Assembly: GCA_023515725.1 (NCBI GenBank)
Contig: JALDTO010000213.1
Location: 690,280-754,279 of the forward strand
Direction of reading: 5' to 3'
From: Amoeboaphelidium protococcarum X5
Lineage: Eukaryota; Fungi; Aphelidiomycota
Length of the DNA stretch: 64,000 nt
Shown: positions 1-11,832 of the stretch, in pieces
Layout: each line of letters opens with the position of its first letter
How positions within the stretch are numbered: position 1 is the first letter of the stretch
Position numbers and translations under genes: made by a program
Notes under the pieces: model-generated
Database searches by the model: none
Seen by the model: the letters and a program-made list of their open reading frames with translations, nothing else
What the model was told of the DNA's origin: nothing

Positions 1-1417
1 ATTGGCAAAGTACTCGGAAGATCAGCCGTCTTAATAGGCTCCTCACCCGATTGTGTCAACTTACTTTCTTCTACTGGAGATGCTATAGAGAGAGAATACT
101 GGGAGCCATGATACTGCAGATGACCATTCCAAGTCAATGTCAAGAGGTGAGCGTTAGAAATAAGCGTCTGAGCTGAAAACTCTATCCACTGGTACTCAGA
201 AATCATCTCAGACGTCATCAGTGAATAACTTGTCTGCTATAAGCGAAGAGAATAGTCAGCAGAAAAGACAGTAAAAGGCTTAGATTTAGTCGCATGCGAA
301 GATTTCAGGCGGGTCTGCGACGTAGTATGATCCATTGTCTCCGCTGAAGAGCAAGAAAGTTGGTGTACCTACGCCTGTGCTGTCACAGAACACTTCCACT
401 TCATAGTTCTAACAAGGTCATGGGAGACATCATTCTGCAGTCTAGCTGACGAATAAACCTGCGGCTATCGATGTGAATGGTCATAATCGGCAATAATCTG
501 CGGTCATTAAATCCTTGCTATCCCCAAAGTACGAATCTGCTGATCCTATGTATATTGACACTAGTCGTGATCAGTCGTAGCATTCCTCGCATGGAAGACA
601 TTTCAGTGGTCCTCAGTCTGCACAGCCGTAATAGGGGTCTCAGAACAGTCTGTTGGGCCAGACGACTGCCGCTCAAGATGCAAACGGAGGTGGAATCCGT
701 AGATTGTCCAATTTCCTATCTTCCATTAAAAGGACGAGTATATCTGGAAGTAGTAGAAGCCTATCTGCAAACAATCGCCGCGTCTCATCTAACGATGGCT
801 CGTCTTAGCAGCAGTAACAACAGGAGATCCGGCAGATTAATGGATGGTTTGTAAGCGCGTCTACCACATCAAGCAAACCTCCATCGGCATTGCTGAATGA
901 CATTTTGTACGCGCTCAATAGCTTGAAAGAGGCCGGCGTCAGTTATCAGCATGAAGTCTCCTTTTCTCCGTGGATAGTAACAGTGGGTGTGGATACATTG
1001 AGATTTGATTCCATGAATAAGAGTTTGCATTCTGTGCAGAAGAGTCAATCCGTAGGTGTTAATCAATGGCTAGGTGCAGTAATAAATCCGAGTAGTGACC
1101 CGGCTTTCAATGACTCCCTAGTGGAGGATGATCAAACTGATGATGTGTAAGAAACAAGTATTTCATCTGAATAGATCTCTGATAATCAGTTCACAACTCA
1201 ATCGTCGGATTTGAGAATAAGTTCGGATAATTCACTGACTAAAATGGCATCGGATCCAAGTTTCGGTACTAATCAGTAGAATGTATGCTTCCAGATCGAA
1301 GTGTGCCGTGTACCGCGCCTCAATCTGAGTGCTTTCGTGTTCAAACGACAAACTGGTGGCGTATGGAACTATAAACGCGTCTGTCAGAAGCTGCTGTCAG
1401 AAATAAACTCTCACTGA
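1..1417 (+). CDS. 3' part of a Kin1/MARK-family Ser/Thr kinase (C-terminal KA1 domain); 5' end lies outside the window
   Basis: Frame 2 is open with TAR=Gln to TGA at 1415-1417. It contains HPIVSTYFLLLEM (Kin1-like post-kinase motif), GWFVSASTTSSKPP and the KA1 end FQIEVCRVPRLNLSAFVFKRQTGGVWNYKRVCQKLL. Confidence 0.85.
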
Positions 1418-2229
1418 TGTAATGATGATAAATCGGGAAATATATAGATTTTTAGATGGTTGAAATGGTAAATGAGTGCAATTCAAATTGTATTTTCGGA
1501 CTACATCATTCATTCATTTTTAGACACTGCTTTTAAGGCCTCCAATTTAGTCATAAGCTTGTTGCAATCCATTACCAAGTTTTACTGCTTCAATTGCACT
1601 ACAGTACTCGCAATAAAGGAAAACAAATTCAATAACAAGATATGATATTTAAGAAAATACCTTCAGCATTGATGGTACTGCCCAAATCGCGCTCACTTGG
1701 AATGGAAATCAGTTAGTCATACGACTTTGATAGATCATCAAACTCTACAAGAACATCTATCAATTAAATTGATTGTATATTTTACATTACTCAAGCGACT
1801 CTTTCAAAGTTTTGACAGTTGTTTTCGCGTCAAGATCCATCAATCACTTTTGTAAACGGTGCAAGTATACCGTAGAGATAAGATGAAGAAAGACGAAAGA
1901 ACACACTTAGGTGTATGATTGAGTAAATTTGATGTAACAAAGAATATACGCTACATTGTCTAGACATTCGCTTTCCAAGGCGAATACTCTGACTTACTAG
2001 TTGTTCCACTTATTATAATTCAAGTGGCGCCTAGAAGAACATTGAGCTATTTCCCTTTTGGATCATAAAAGTCGCTGAAACCAAATGCCTTCCGTCTTTA
2101 CCGCAATTCAGTCCGTTGCGTTTTAGTTTCGTGTTAATACGTCGCGTTCCTCTCCTGGTACTTCTTACTTCTACGAGGAAACATTTATCTCTCCATATAT
2201 TTGCATAGTATTATAATTCATATTGAAAT

Positions 2230-3129
2230 ATGTTTGAAGCTACTCTCACTTAAGCGTTGGTATTTAAGCGTCTTCTCGGTAGTATATAGGATCTCGTCAC
2301 CGATGTGAATTGGGACTGTAGCGACCAGGGTATCTTCTTGCAGTCTATGGACAATGCTCACGTTGCTCTGGTATCCTTGCTACTGAGTGCTGAGGCTTTT
2401 GAAGTCTATCGCTGTGACCGAAACATCACTCTGGGTATCAATGTGGTGAGCATGAACAAGATTTTGAAGTGTTCCACTGACTAGGACAAGCTGACCTTGA
2501 GTGCTAGCGATGACGCTGATGTTATTGGCTTCAAGTTTGAGGGTAAAAATGAGCGTGTTGGCGAGTATGACCTCAAATTGATGGACATCGAGCAGGAGCA
2601 CCTGGCTATTCCAGACACAGATTATGAGGCGAATGTGACCATGAGTGCCGCAGAGTTTCAACGTATTTGTCGCGACTTGGCCACGCTAGGCGAGTCGATG
2701 GTCATCTCGGTGAACAAGGAGTCTGTGAGATTCTCTGTAGAAGGTGAACTCGGCAATGGTACTATAACAATCAGGCAGAACAGCACCGTGGATGCCGGTA
2801 AGAAGTCTTATGCTATTGACGATGATGACGAAGATGATGAGGATGAGGAAGAAGAAAGCAGCACCTAGAAAAAGGGCAGAGGTGGCAAGAAGAAGGGTGA
2901 CGTGGAGGCTGATTATGAGCCAACCATCATCACCTTGGACTCTGCCGTGTCTCAAATGTTCTCCCTCAAGTACTTGGGCTAATTTTCCAAGGCTAGCACC
3001 CTTGCCAAGAGAGTCAACATCAGAATGAGTCAAGATGTGCCTCTGTTGGTTGAGTATGTGATGGACAATATTGGCCATTTGAGATACTACCTGGCTCCAA
3101 AGATTAACAATGATGAAGACATGGCTTGA
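2230..3129 (+). CDS. PCNA: Proliferating cell nuclear antigen, 299 aa, with an acidic/basic loop insertion of about 40 aa
   Basis: MFEATLTQ...[14 protein letters not shown]...[10 protein letters not shown]...[12 protein letters not shown]...RYYLAPKI. In-frame TAA/TAG read as Gln; ends at TGA. Confidence 0.97.
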
Positions 3130-4626
3130 TATATGCATTTGAGTGAGTGTGTGACTACTTGAATTGATTGTGGTAATATACTGTAGTTGTGGGATAAGAA
3201 AAAGCTTAATTTTGCTTTATTGAAACTATAGAATCAATAGCTTTATGCAAAACGCGTATTAAAAGGTATATTAAATTATAAATAATTAAAATATTGGTGG
3301 CACCTATAACAGCAGTTTATCGCGAACACTGCTAAACCGCAACAACATTCAAAATTGACATCAAAGTAGCCGTTAACCGTATCCACCGAGAGAATGTACT
3401 AAAGGTGGACCTGGACAGGTTAAACACTTGCTTTTAAATCAACCGAGAACAAGTTGCAACCACACCTAAAAACGTTAAACATTGTCACTGGCAATCCATT
3501 TAGCATATTGGATACCACTTTAGCTGCAATCGCATACGTTGGTACAGTCCATAAATGATACAAATACTTCCAATTTCTACACAAAATGTAAAGTGAATAT
3601 ATATGCTAGTGTATAAAATCTGTAAAATATATACCGAGTAGAGTGGATTGAGCCTCATTTCCAAATTGGTATGCAGCTCAGTACCAAGGTGTTAATATTG
3701 TTGTAAAGAAGTCAATATTACGTTCGACGACAAATCGTCATATCATCATATTGACAAGTCATCGCATCACCGTAGTAACAAGTCACCAATAAGTGCATAC
3801 TAGCGCAAATGTGTAATTTCCTTCTATATTACGCAATAGACGTGATGACAAGACGAAGCCAGAGAATTATATCAAGGCCAACTTTGTAACAAAGAAGAAC
3901 AAGAAGAACGGTAAGTACGCGTCTTCAAATCAGAAATCGCCTTGCTATAATAGGCATAGAGGATATCGATTAAGATTTAATAGATGCGTTGTTCCAGCGG
4001 GTAAGGGGCTAACCTTTCGATGATTCTACGATTGAGAATGTATACAATTAACTAAAGATCAAGAAGCAGTAATTGATACGCGATTCTCCATATTAACTAT
4101 CGAGTAATGCAATAAAAAGGGCGCTGTTGAATAGCAATATATGAATATGTGAAAATTGATAAATGATATTAGCTTTTCATGTTAAAATTTTGTGGTCACT
4201 CTTTACTTACAACTTTTAATTATCACCGTATAATGTACCGGGAGCAGGAGCTATAAACTCATATTATACTTGAAATAAATCCACTTTTCTATTGAAACAT
4301 CTCCCTTAAAGTGCCTGGCCATCAGATCAATCTTGAAACACAATCAATGGTACATCTGTGCCCCTGTGGCTGTGAAGAACCAAACGCAATGAGCACAATG
4401 AAAATATTAACACTTAAGATCAGATTAACTTCTTCGTTCTACTTGTCATATCGTCTTCTAATATAATTAAGATCCTTATCAATATGAGAACTTATTATCG
4501 TGTTGTTCTTCAACTGCATTAGACAAGCCCATCGATTGATTGGGACGAACATTTGGAATGAGAATTGACGGCTCCCCTTTTCCGCGTTTTCACCCAAATT
4601 GATCAACACAATTCTCCGATATCAAT

Positions 4627-6720
4627 ATGGAATACCGTACTATCACCGCTAAAGATAATTTGGACAGTGTATTTGCAGGCACAGATGAAGAGCTTAATTT
4701 GCTGAAGTAGACGATATTAGACAATCACTACTTAAGATTTCTTGGAAGCACCGCGGTATATCATTACGCGATGGACTTTTTGCACGGCCATACGGATTGG
4801 GCCGTTGATAAGTAATATCCTTAGCTGGATGCTCATGTGTTAAGCTCTTTCTTCAAGGAATTTGCGCAAGGTTTTCGGCGCCAAAATAGATCTCCAATCT
4901 CGTCGAGATTTATCAATATTCATGAAGAAATTGTCGGGGTGGCTGAGAAGATATAATTTGGAAGGGGACGAGATTTTTAATTTATTCATTAGAATGTCTG
5001 GCATGATTATGAATTGGCCGCCACCAATCATCTGTCCTCGAATTTGATGAAGGTTTTGAAACGCGTTGTGGTACATTTCCTCCACTGCGATGCTTCTGTC
5101 TTGGACAGATATTCTGTTAAAAAGCTGTCAACATATTTGATCTCACAAATCAGTCTTGGCCTATATATAGTTAATGAAGATCAAGAGGATGGTTATGATT
5201 TATCGCCGGATCTTTTGGCGTGCCTAAAAAAGCATAAAAATGTTCTTGATGGTGATATGCATTTGTTTCATGAGTTTATAAGTCCCTATATCGATGACGT
5301 GCGCCGCATCAGAGAATAACTGCGTCTGCGTGATGATTACAATGCTGCTTACAATGTGGTCAGAAGGGTTAAAGTATACGATAAATTATGGTACGTCTAT
5401 CTGCCGTTGTTCTTTCGTTGTAATCAGTACTTGGAGCAGTAGGATTTGAAATTTTGCTCACTGCTACCAATACCGAGTAAGTCCGTATGTTTTTTCAAGC
5501 TGTACTCAAGTGGATTGCAAGTATTATATCCTGGGAAGTCCTTTGAGGATTTGTTTCAGATACCTCATCAGCAATATGGATAGCTGCATGGAATTTCCAC
5601 TGATTCTCACACTGTATAATTCCTCTTTGAGTGTGGTCATCAGGCTCTTGCTCCTGTGGTAGTTTAGTGTCGACGCGTGGTTCTGAATCCTGGGCATGAA
5701 CTGCGCGATGCCGAGCGTCGAAGACTAGAGTTGTAGGTGCAAAATATTTATGTTGATGAAGATGAGGATGAAGATGAGGATGAAGATGAAGATGAAGATG
5801 AAGATGACGATGACTTGCATAATGAGGAAGCGGATGTTGATGCTGCAGATGGGTAAGCATAGGATCAAAGGCGATATTCATGTCAGCAAATATGGTACGA
5901 TTTTCCCAATATCTCACTGGAGGGTAAAAAGAAGGCGGCTGTGGATCCGGGCCTTAATAATTACGTGTCAATCTTCAGGCCAGCGGATTTCCAGTAGAAT
6001 CAATATTGGGACGCTATTGAATTTGACTATGCTGAGAAACATGTCATATCCAAGCAAAGATTTAATGAGCTTGGCATTACTGAAGAATTGGCGCGCAAAA
6101 TTGCTGAACATACTCAGTAGGCTTAGCAGTTGAGGGCTGGCTTGAAGTCATATGATTTCGACCGTTTTTAAATGATGCTTCAAGAACGGTACCGCCTGTT
6201 TGATGATGAACTTTCCTATTACTCTCAGGAGCATGTCTTAGAGCTGAGATTGCAGAGGATTTTTGCCCGGCGTCGCGCATATTTGGATGTTGTAAAGAAG
6301 ATACTTGGCGTGTAAGTGCTCCACACTTCCGCGCGCGATTAGTTTGCTGTCTACTACGGCGACTTTGTGCATAGCACCCGGTCCTTAAAAGGACAATTTG
6401 CATTGTAAAGACTGGTTTAAATTTTAAATGAGTATGCCATGGTGTTTATAGTGCCCGAGCTCATGACCAGCAGACTGTGCTACGAGTGCGCTCGCAGTGG
6501 CGATGAAAGTTTCGTACGTCGCAAGAAGGACTCATCAGAGTGCCCCCGCTGTGGCAAGTAATACCACGCAGACCTTTTGGGCGGTGCCAATATTTACAGT
6601 TTAAGCGAATAATTGCAGAGAAGCGGAGGACTTGTACCGCCAATGAATATGCCGACTAAATTTATACCGATCGCTAGAGAATATGGTCATAGAATTTAAC
6701 TGGCAAGATGTGCAGATTGA
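4627..6720 (+). CDS. Fanzor1-type (TnpB/Cas12-like RuvC) RNA-guided DNA endonuclease, 697 aa, apparently intact
   Basis: Single TGA-free frame. Motifs in Fanzor order: FCSLLP (5452-5469), ISTDSHTVQFLF (from 5593), RuvC-I AVDPG (D440, 5944), VYYGD, RuvC-II VFIVPELMTSRLC (E611, 6457), zinc finger CYEC...CPRC, RuvC-III HADLLGGANI (D649, 6571). Confidence 0.88.
5755..5814 (+). repeat. (GATGAR)n microsatellite encoding 20 consecutive D/E residues inside the Fanzor ORF
   Basis: gatgaa gatgag gatgaa gatgag gatgaa gatgaa gatgaa gatgaa gatgac gatgac, in frame. Confidence 0.95.
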
Positions 6721-6880
6721 TCAAAATATTATACGTTATATATAAAATATTTTTAAGAATAATTTTTGTTGAGGAATTATGTGCCCGTCATGTACAACCA
6801 GCTCAACCAACTCCAACCAATATAGCACGCGAGTTGCTCGCTTGCGTTTCAGCCTCGTAAAACGGTCACTCTTAGCAGTA
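6721..6880 (+). ncRNA. Candidate Fanzor omegaRNA scaffold region (boundaries unknown)
   Basis: Lies immediately 3' of the Fanzor stop. Contains hairpin GCACGCGAG-ttg-CTCGCTTGC (6825-6845, 8/9 pairs) and a GTTGAG/CTCAAC complementarity (about 6768-6807). The call rests on position only. Confidence 0.3.
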
Positions 6881-6882
6881 AA

Positions 6883-7188
6883 ATGGATACCATTAACTCC
6901 GATGGAGTCTAGAGCTTAGATTCTGGTATGTTTATAGAGGCGGAAGACTATGAAAGTACTGTATCTACCGATGAGCCATACAGTGAGAACCGTCCTTTGT
7001 CTGGAAATGCAGCTTACGCTGCTGAACGCAAGAGACGAGTCAGCAACAAGAGGGACTCTGTGAAAAGTAGAAAGTAATCATCCGCTAATATCGTCTGGAA
7101 GACGATTATGTGGATGCAGTATATGTTGTAATTGCATTCTCGCGTGTAAAATGCACGAGAATTTTTCGTGAATTCCACTCTTTTCTGA
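6883..7188 (+). pseudogene. Possible truncated or decayed ORF downstream of Fanzor (acidic N-terminus, basic ERKRRVSNKR cluster)
   Basis: ATG-initiated, protein-like 101 codons, then TGA. The same frame continues with scattered TGAs to about 7900. No family recognised. Confidence 0.25.
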
Positions 7189-8245
7189 AACGAATTCTCT
7201 AATCTTGAAACGAACTTGATGTTGAAGATTCTCTTTAACTCATTCTTTCTTCATGAAGCATTCTATAACACTATAAACATAACTAAGAGCTAGTTTAAAG
7301 ACATTTATAAACTAGATATTTAAGATTTACAGACCAGGATTAGTCCAAGGATTTAGTTACTCATTCCTCTTTGAAATGTACGCGCCTTGTTTCATGATGT
7401 TATTCATCCCCTTAATATAAAATTGCTGTATAAAGTATAATGTGACGTGAATGTGCTGTTAACGTTAGCAGAAGTTCCATACACATTCTAGGATACAACA
7501 TACTGAATTACTGACTTCTATTACGTCCCTCTAGCAGCAGGATTTTAGAAAATCGCTGTCTAACGATGAAGTGAAAATACGGTACATATAATGCTTTGGA
7601 CATCGCAAACGCGTCTTCAATTGACATTCACACTTAATTGTCTCAGGCTTACAGATTTAGCTACAGTATCGACGTTATAAATATCATGCTTATAGAGACT
7701 TTAGCCAGTTCAATTTTGGGTGCAGTAATTCATTATAAACGTCTTATAACTTGCTAAAAGCTACCGACACGTATAGCGATAAGTAGGCCGTTACCTTATT
7801 GAGATACTTCGATACGTTGTGACTATGTGTTCTTAGTTCTACTAAGCACATTATTATAAAACTTTCTAATAATGCATATTGCATTCATGTGATTAGTAAA
7901 AGAAATGAATAGAAGGGGATAAACAAAGTGGAGATAATTCGCACCACTAAAATTTCAGTACAATGATTAAGCATGCAAACTAGGCAACGAATAACTTCAT
8001 CCATTACAGGTTGACATGCTTATATTCAAACCAATGTTTCCATTCCCTTCAAAATTCCGTTTACATTGTACACGCCATTGAGTCTGCAATTAACTCGTAA
8101 TTGCACTGTCAGAAGATGTGCGATAGCGGAAAATCAAAATCATTGTTGCGCATTAAGTTCAATTAATACTCACACATTCGTATTAATTTGCTGAATGTAA
8201 TATCCCTCACAAGCTCGTGAAATTACATTATTCTAATTACCCTCA

Positions 8246-8332
8246 CTTCGTTCGTGCAATATAGTTGACAACAACAACACTCTCTTCGTTCGTGCAATAT
8301 AGTTGACAACAACAACACTCTCTTCGTTCGTG
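8246..8332. repeat. Perfect 38-bp tandem duplication (about 2.3 copies)
   Basis: Unit CTTCGTTCGTGCAATATAGTTGACAACAACAACACTCT at 8246 and 8284, with a partial third copy at 8322. Confidence 0.95.
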
Positions 8333-9127
8333 TCATTGTTGTTTCAGAAAAAGGTGGCGCAACAATGGAATTTCCGGTAATCGCACTCTGACGAGTGCAA
8401 TTACCTATACAAATTTTGCTGTAAATGAAAAGAAAGAAAATCTTCAGTAGCAAAATGGGTGAAAGACTCAACCTAAACTTTCATCGCCGCTGGCGGTATC
8501 TGCCAATTTTAAAATCATTGAGCAAAAAAGTTCTTGCAACAACATTACAAATTAGCCTAAAAACGCTTTTCAGTATACTTTCGGCAGCAATAATAATAAT
8601 TAACTATTTAGTAGAGCTTCAAGATAAATATAATCACTAAACAGTGGATGAGACAGTTTTATCAACAATGAAGAAGAGACGCGTAACTCGAGGAACGACG
8701 AGAGGGGTATCGCTTCAGCTAATCTTCTTGCCGCATTTTCTTCGCTCTCCGTCCTCACCACCCAATCGATCAAAGTGAGAAAGACCAAGTTTTTAGCTTC
8801 GCGTCTACTCCTTTCCCGACGCAAGCCACTTTATAAACTTTATCCAGCGGGCTATACAACTGCATAGCTTTGTAATTGCTGTGAATTTAGTTCACTGATC
8901 ACCCAGTCAGTCTCTGTCAATTCCACATTGTGCGTGCTGTTGGTTTTTTGTCTGGCTGTTTACTGTCTCTGTGTCATCGGTAAACATTCTTGTCCGTCTG
9001 TATTGTGATCGACTTACTGTATTCATTCCAATTATAATAAAGGCATCAAACTCTCGCTCACCTGCTCATTAGCAAATTAAATTTGGGATTTTTAATTTAA
9101 TAGAAAGATATATATATAAGGACCATC

Positions 9128-10513
9128 ATGTATGATAAGCTTAGTAAACCAGTGTCTTAGCCTTGGCCTAAGAAGTGGTTACTAAAAGTCTGCGGATTGC
9201 TTCTGGTTATTGGCGTTTGTGTAGCAGTGATATTATCATAGTGTCGGTAGACTAAGCCTCTCACGATCGATGAGATGGATGCTCAGTACAGCTAGGAGTA
9301 CACGCTGTAGACTCTGACGTGCTCTATGAATTGCAGTATGCTCTATGAGCGAGCGGTGAATAACACAGTGATGATTGTTCAGATTGGCGGCGGCACAAAG
9401 TATTTAAATAACATGCTCTGCTCTCTGCGTAGAATCAATGAGAGTCTGATTGATAGAGTCGTGGTGTGGGCATATGATGAAGATACTTACCGGCGATTAT
9501 AAGCGGTTGAAGATCGAAGATTTGCTGTCGTCCATGACCGTGAGGTGGTTGACTTTGGAGCAGTTACTAAAGAGAATATGATGGTCTATCGTCCCAGATT
9601 CTTTTTAAAGATTGTGAAGCTGATGCGACTAAACTTATTTTTTGTTGACGCTGACATTGTATTTTATAGAGATCCATGGCCATGGGTGGTGGATAATCTT
9701 GGTCTTGGAGTGGATGATTACCGTGGATATAAAAAGTTTGGTCGATTTGACACGCAATTATTATCAGCCGCCAAGAGTCCATGGTAGAGAGTTGATCTCT
9801 TACAGCGAGCGGCTATAAACTCCCCACCTGATATGGTTTACTCTTCTGATGCTCGGCGGTTCTATTGGTAATAAGTGGATCCCTTTGAAGGTGAGTAAAC
9901 AGTTCCCAAGATTTGTGGTGGCCTGTTTCTCTATCGGTCAACTCCCAATACTATTGCTTTCCTCTAAGCTTTACGCTACGATGTGGAGGTGAAGGGTGGT
10001 AATGATCAGTGGTCTGTGGATAATATTTTGAACTGGAGGGTATCGAAAGTTTTACTAGTTGGCAAATTACCACGCTGTCTTCCTCGATGGAATGGAATGC
10101 CTCCGGAGTATTGTGACAAAGAGACCATGTATGCATTCAACTATCACGTATGGCCGCTGTGGGTGCAGAAATTTGCTTATTAGAATCACACTATTAACTT
10201 TAAAGAAGTGTTGAAAGTTCGCGTCCTTGATCAGATGTAATTTGCTAATGGAGCCATTGTAAAGTAACGACATATTGACGGCGAGTTCCCATCAGCAATG
10301 GAGTTTGTGCAATATAGAAATTAGAGCCTTAATGGGGAGTCAATAAAGTTGGATCCTCAATCGAAAGGTCCAGCAAAAACAGTGGTGGCGTATCACGGAA
10401 ATTATGAGTCTGAATTTGATAAAATGAATGAAATGAGATAAATTGGCGCCTGGATGTTGGACTACTCCGGCAAGTGTCCGTTAGAGTCACAGAGCGAGTA
10501 ATAGCTGATTTGA
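9128..10513 (+). CDS. Type II membrane nucleotide-diphospho-sugar transferase (GT77-like), 461 aa
   Basis: N-terminal TM anchor, DxD motif FFVDADIVFYRDPW, ICGGLFLYRSTPNTIAF, NDQ and C-terminal YHGNY...K. Ends at TGA. Confidence 0.85.
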
Positions 10514-10868
10514 TGTGCGATTGATTAACTGATTGATTGATTGCCGACCTTTAATAAAGTTTGATTTTACTGACATGTGCATATTAAGCTGCTTACTTCT
10601 CTTTAAAGTTTTATCGATTCAAAGTATCAGATACTGTCTGAAGTTCAATCTAAATCGCTTTATGACGCGCGAGTTTATACCACGCGTGTTCTGATGCAAA
10701 CACTTGAATGATAGTATGATTGTGAATCATAGTGTGAACTACATATGATGATGATGACACATATGACGCAACACCCTGGTATAAAATCTCATACTAGTCG
10801 TTCCCAATCTTAGTCCTCAAGTGCTTCAACTACAACAAAATAACACCTGGCTCATAATAATAACAATA

Positions 10869-11585
10869 ATGAAAGTCTTTACCTTAATTGCAGTCGCTGC
10901 AGCTGTTGCAAGTGCATCTCCTCTGTCCACTGACTGGATCCGCGATTTGACTGGCATGGATTTGTCTGCGGTCAAGTTTACCGGTGCTAATGGTGATGGT
11001 AGTCAAATGCGTACCACTGATGATGACGGCTATGTTGATATTCCTGACAAGTTCACGGTGATCGAGTTTAGTCCATCAACAAAGTCGTACACTGAGTAGT
11101 ACTATGATCAGAATCAGAAGACTGCCAAGGTGGTTTTCGTGAGTAATTAGGCTAATGTTACCTTCCTGTAGTACGAGAATGATTTATATGTTTACAGTCA
11201 GCAAGAGAAGCATGGTGTCAAGTGTACTCATTACAAGAATGGTTTCAAGGATCCTGTGGACCGTCCATTCCACTATGAAGCAACGTACTTCTTTGGCGGC
11301 AAGGTTGCAAAGGCATACAAGAACACTTATCCAATCAAGGATGGTTTCAGCTATGTGCTGATTGATGCGTCTACTGAAAAGTGGCTGGGCAGCTATGGCC
11401 AGGTGAAGCGTGATGGTGAGACTTAGGAGTATAAGTCTTACTTTGCCTATTTTAGTACTGAAGTATTGAACTCTGTGTTCGTGAGACCAACCACTGTGAA
11501 GTGTGATGAAGGTGCTTTGAATGTCTCTGATGAGCACAAGGATCTGATGAAGCAGTCAGTTTTGTTCCAGCACCAAGAGCAATGA
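10869..11585 (+). CDS. Secreted protein, 238 aa, weakly ependymin-related/LolA-fold-like
   Basis: Signal peptide MKVFTLIAVAAAVASA; aromatic beta-rich body; C-terminal SVFVRPTTVKC. TATAAAA lies about 90 bp upstream. The gene is solid but the family is tentative. Confidence 0.7.
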
Positions 11586-11832
11586 TACCGCGTGTTAATG
11601 ATAAGACCACTCGACCAAAGGAAGAGGTAGTGTGATAATGAAATTTGAATCGAAATTTTGAATATATAAGAATTACTGTAATACTTTCATATTGAATGTT
11701 CTAATTTACTTTTAAAACTAGGTGTTACTGCGTGAACACAGCGACTCGCCGTCTCCTTGAAAACTGATCAAAATCTTTCGAATTTGATACTAAACTCTCA
11801 GTAGAAATAATAATAATAAGAGTATAATTGAT

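Noticed and set aside
3280-4150. Possible gene or transposase upstream of Fanzor
   Set aside because: Frames on both strands are broken by TGA and show no recognisable motif. With one stop codon, 100-codon open frames arise by chance.
4194-6873. 10-bp direct repeat GGTCACTCTT (4194-4203 and 6864-6873) as a target-site duplication around Fanzor
   Set aside because: No terminal inverted repeats lie inside it, and a 10-mer match between two flanks of several hundred bp is plausible by chance. Only an empty-site comparison could rescue it.
8246-8332. CRISPR-like array (38-bp repeats near a Cas12-like gene)
   Set aside because: Copies are directly adjacent with no spacers and number only about 2.3. 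This is a tandem duplication.
8400-9030. Possible gene (open frames on both strands, a GTAAGT on the minus strand)
   Set aside because: No consistent model or homology could be built by eye.
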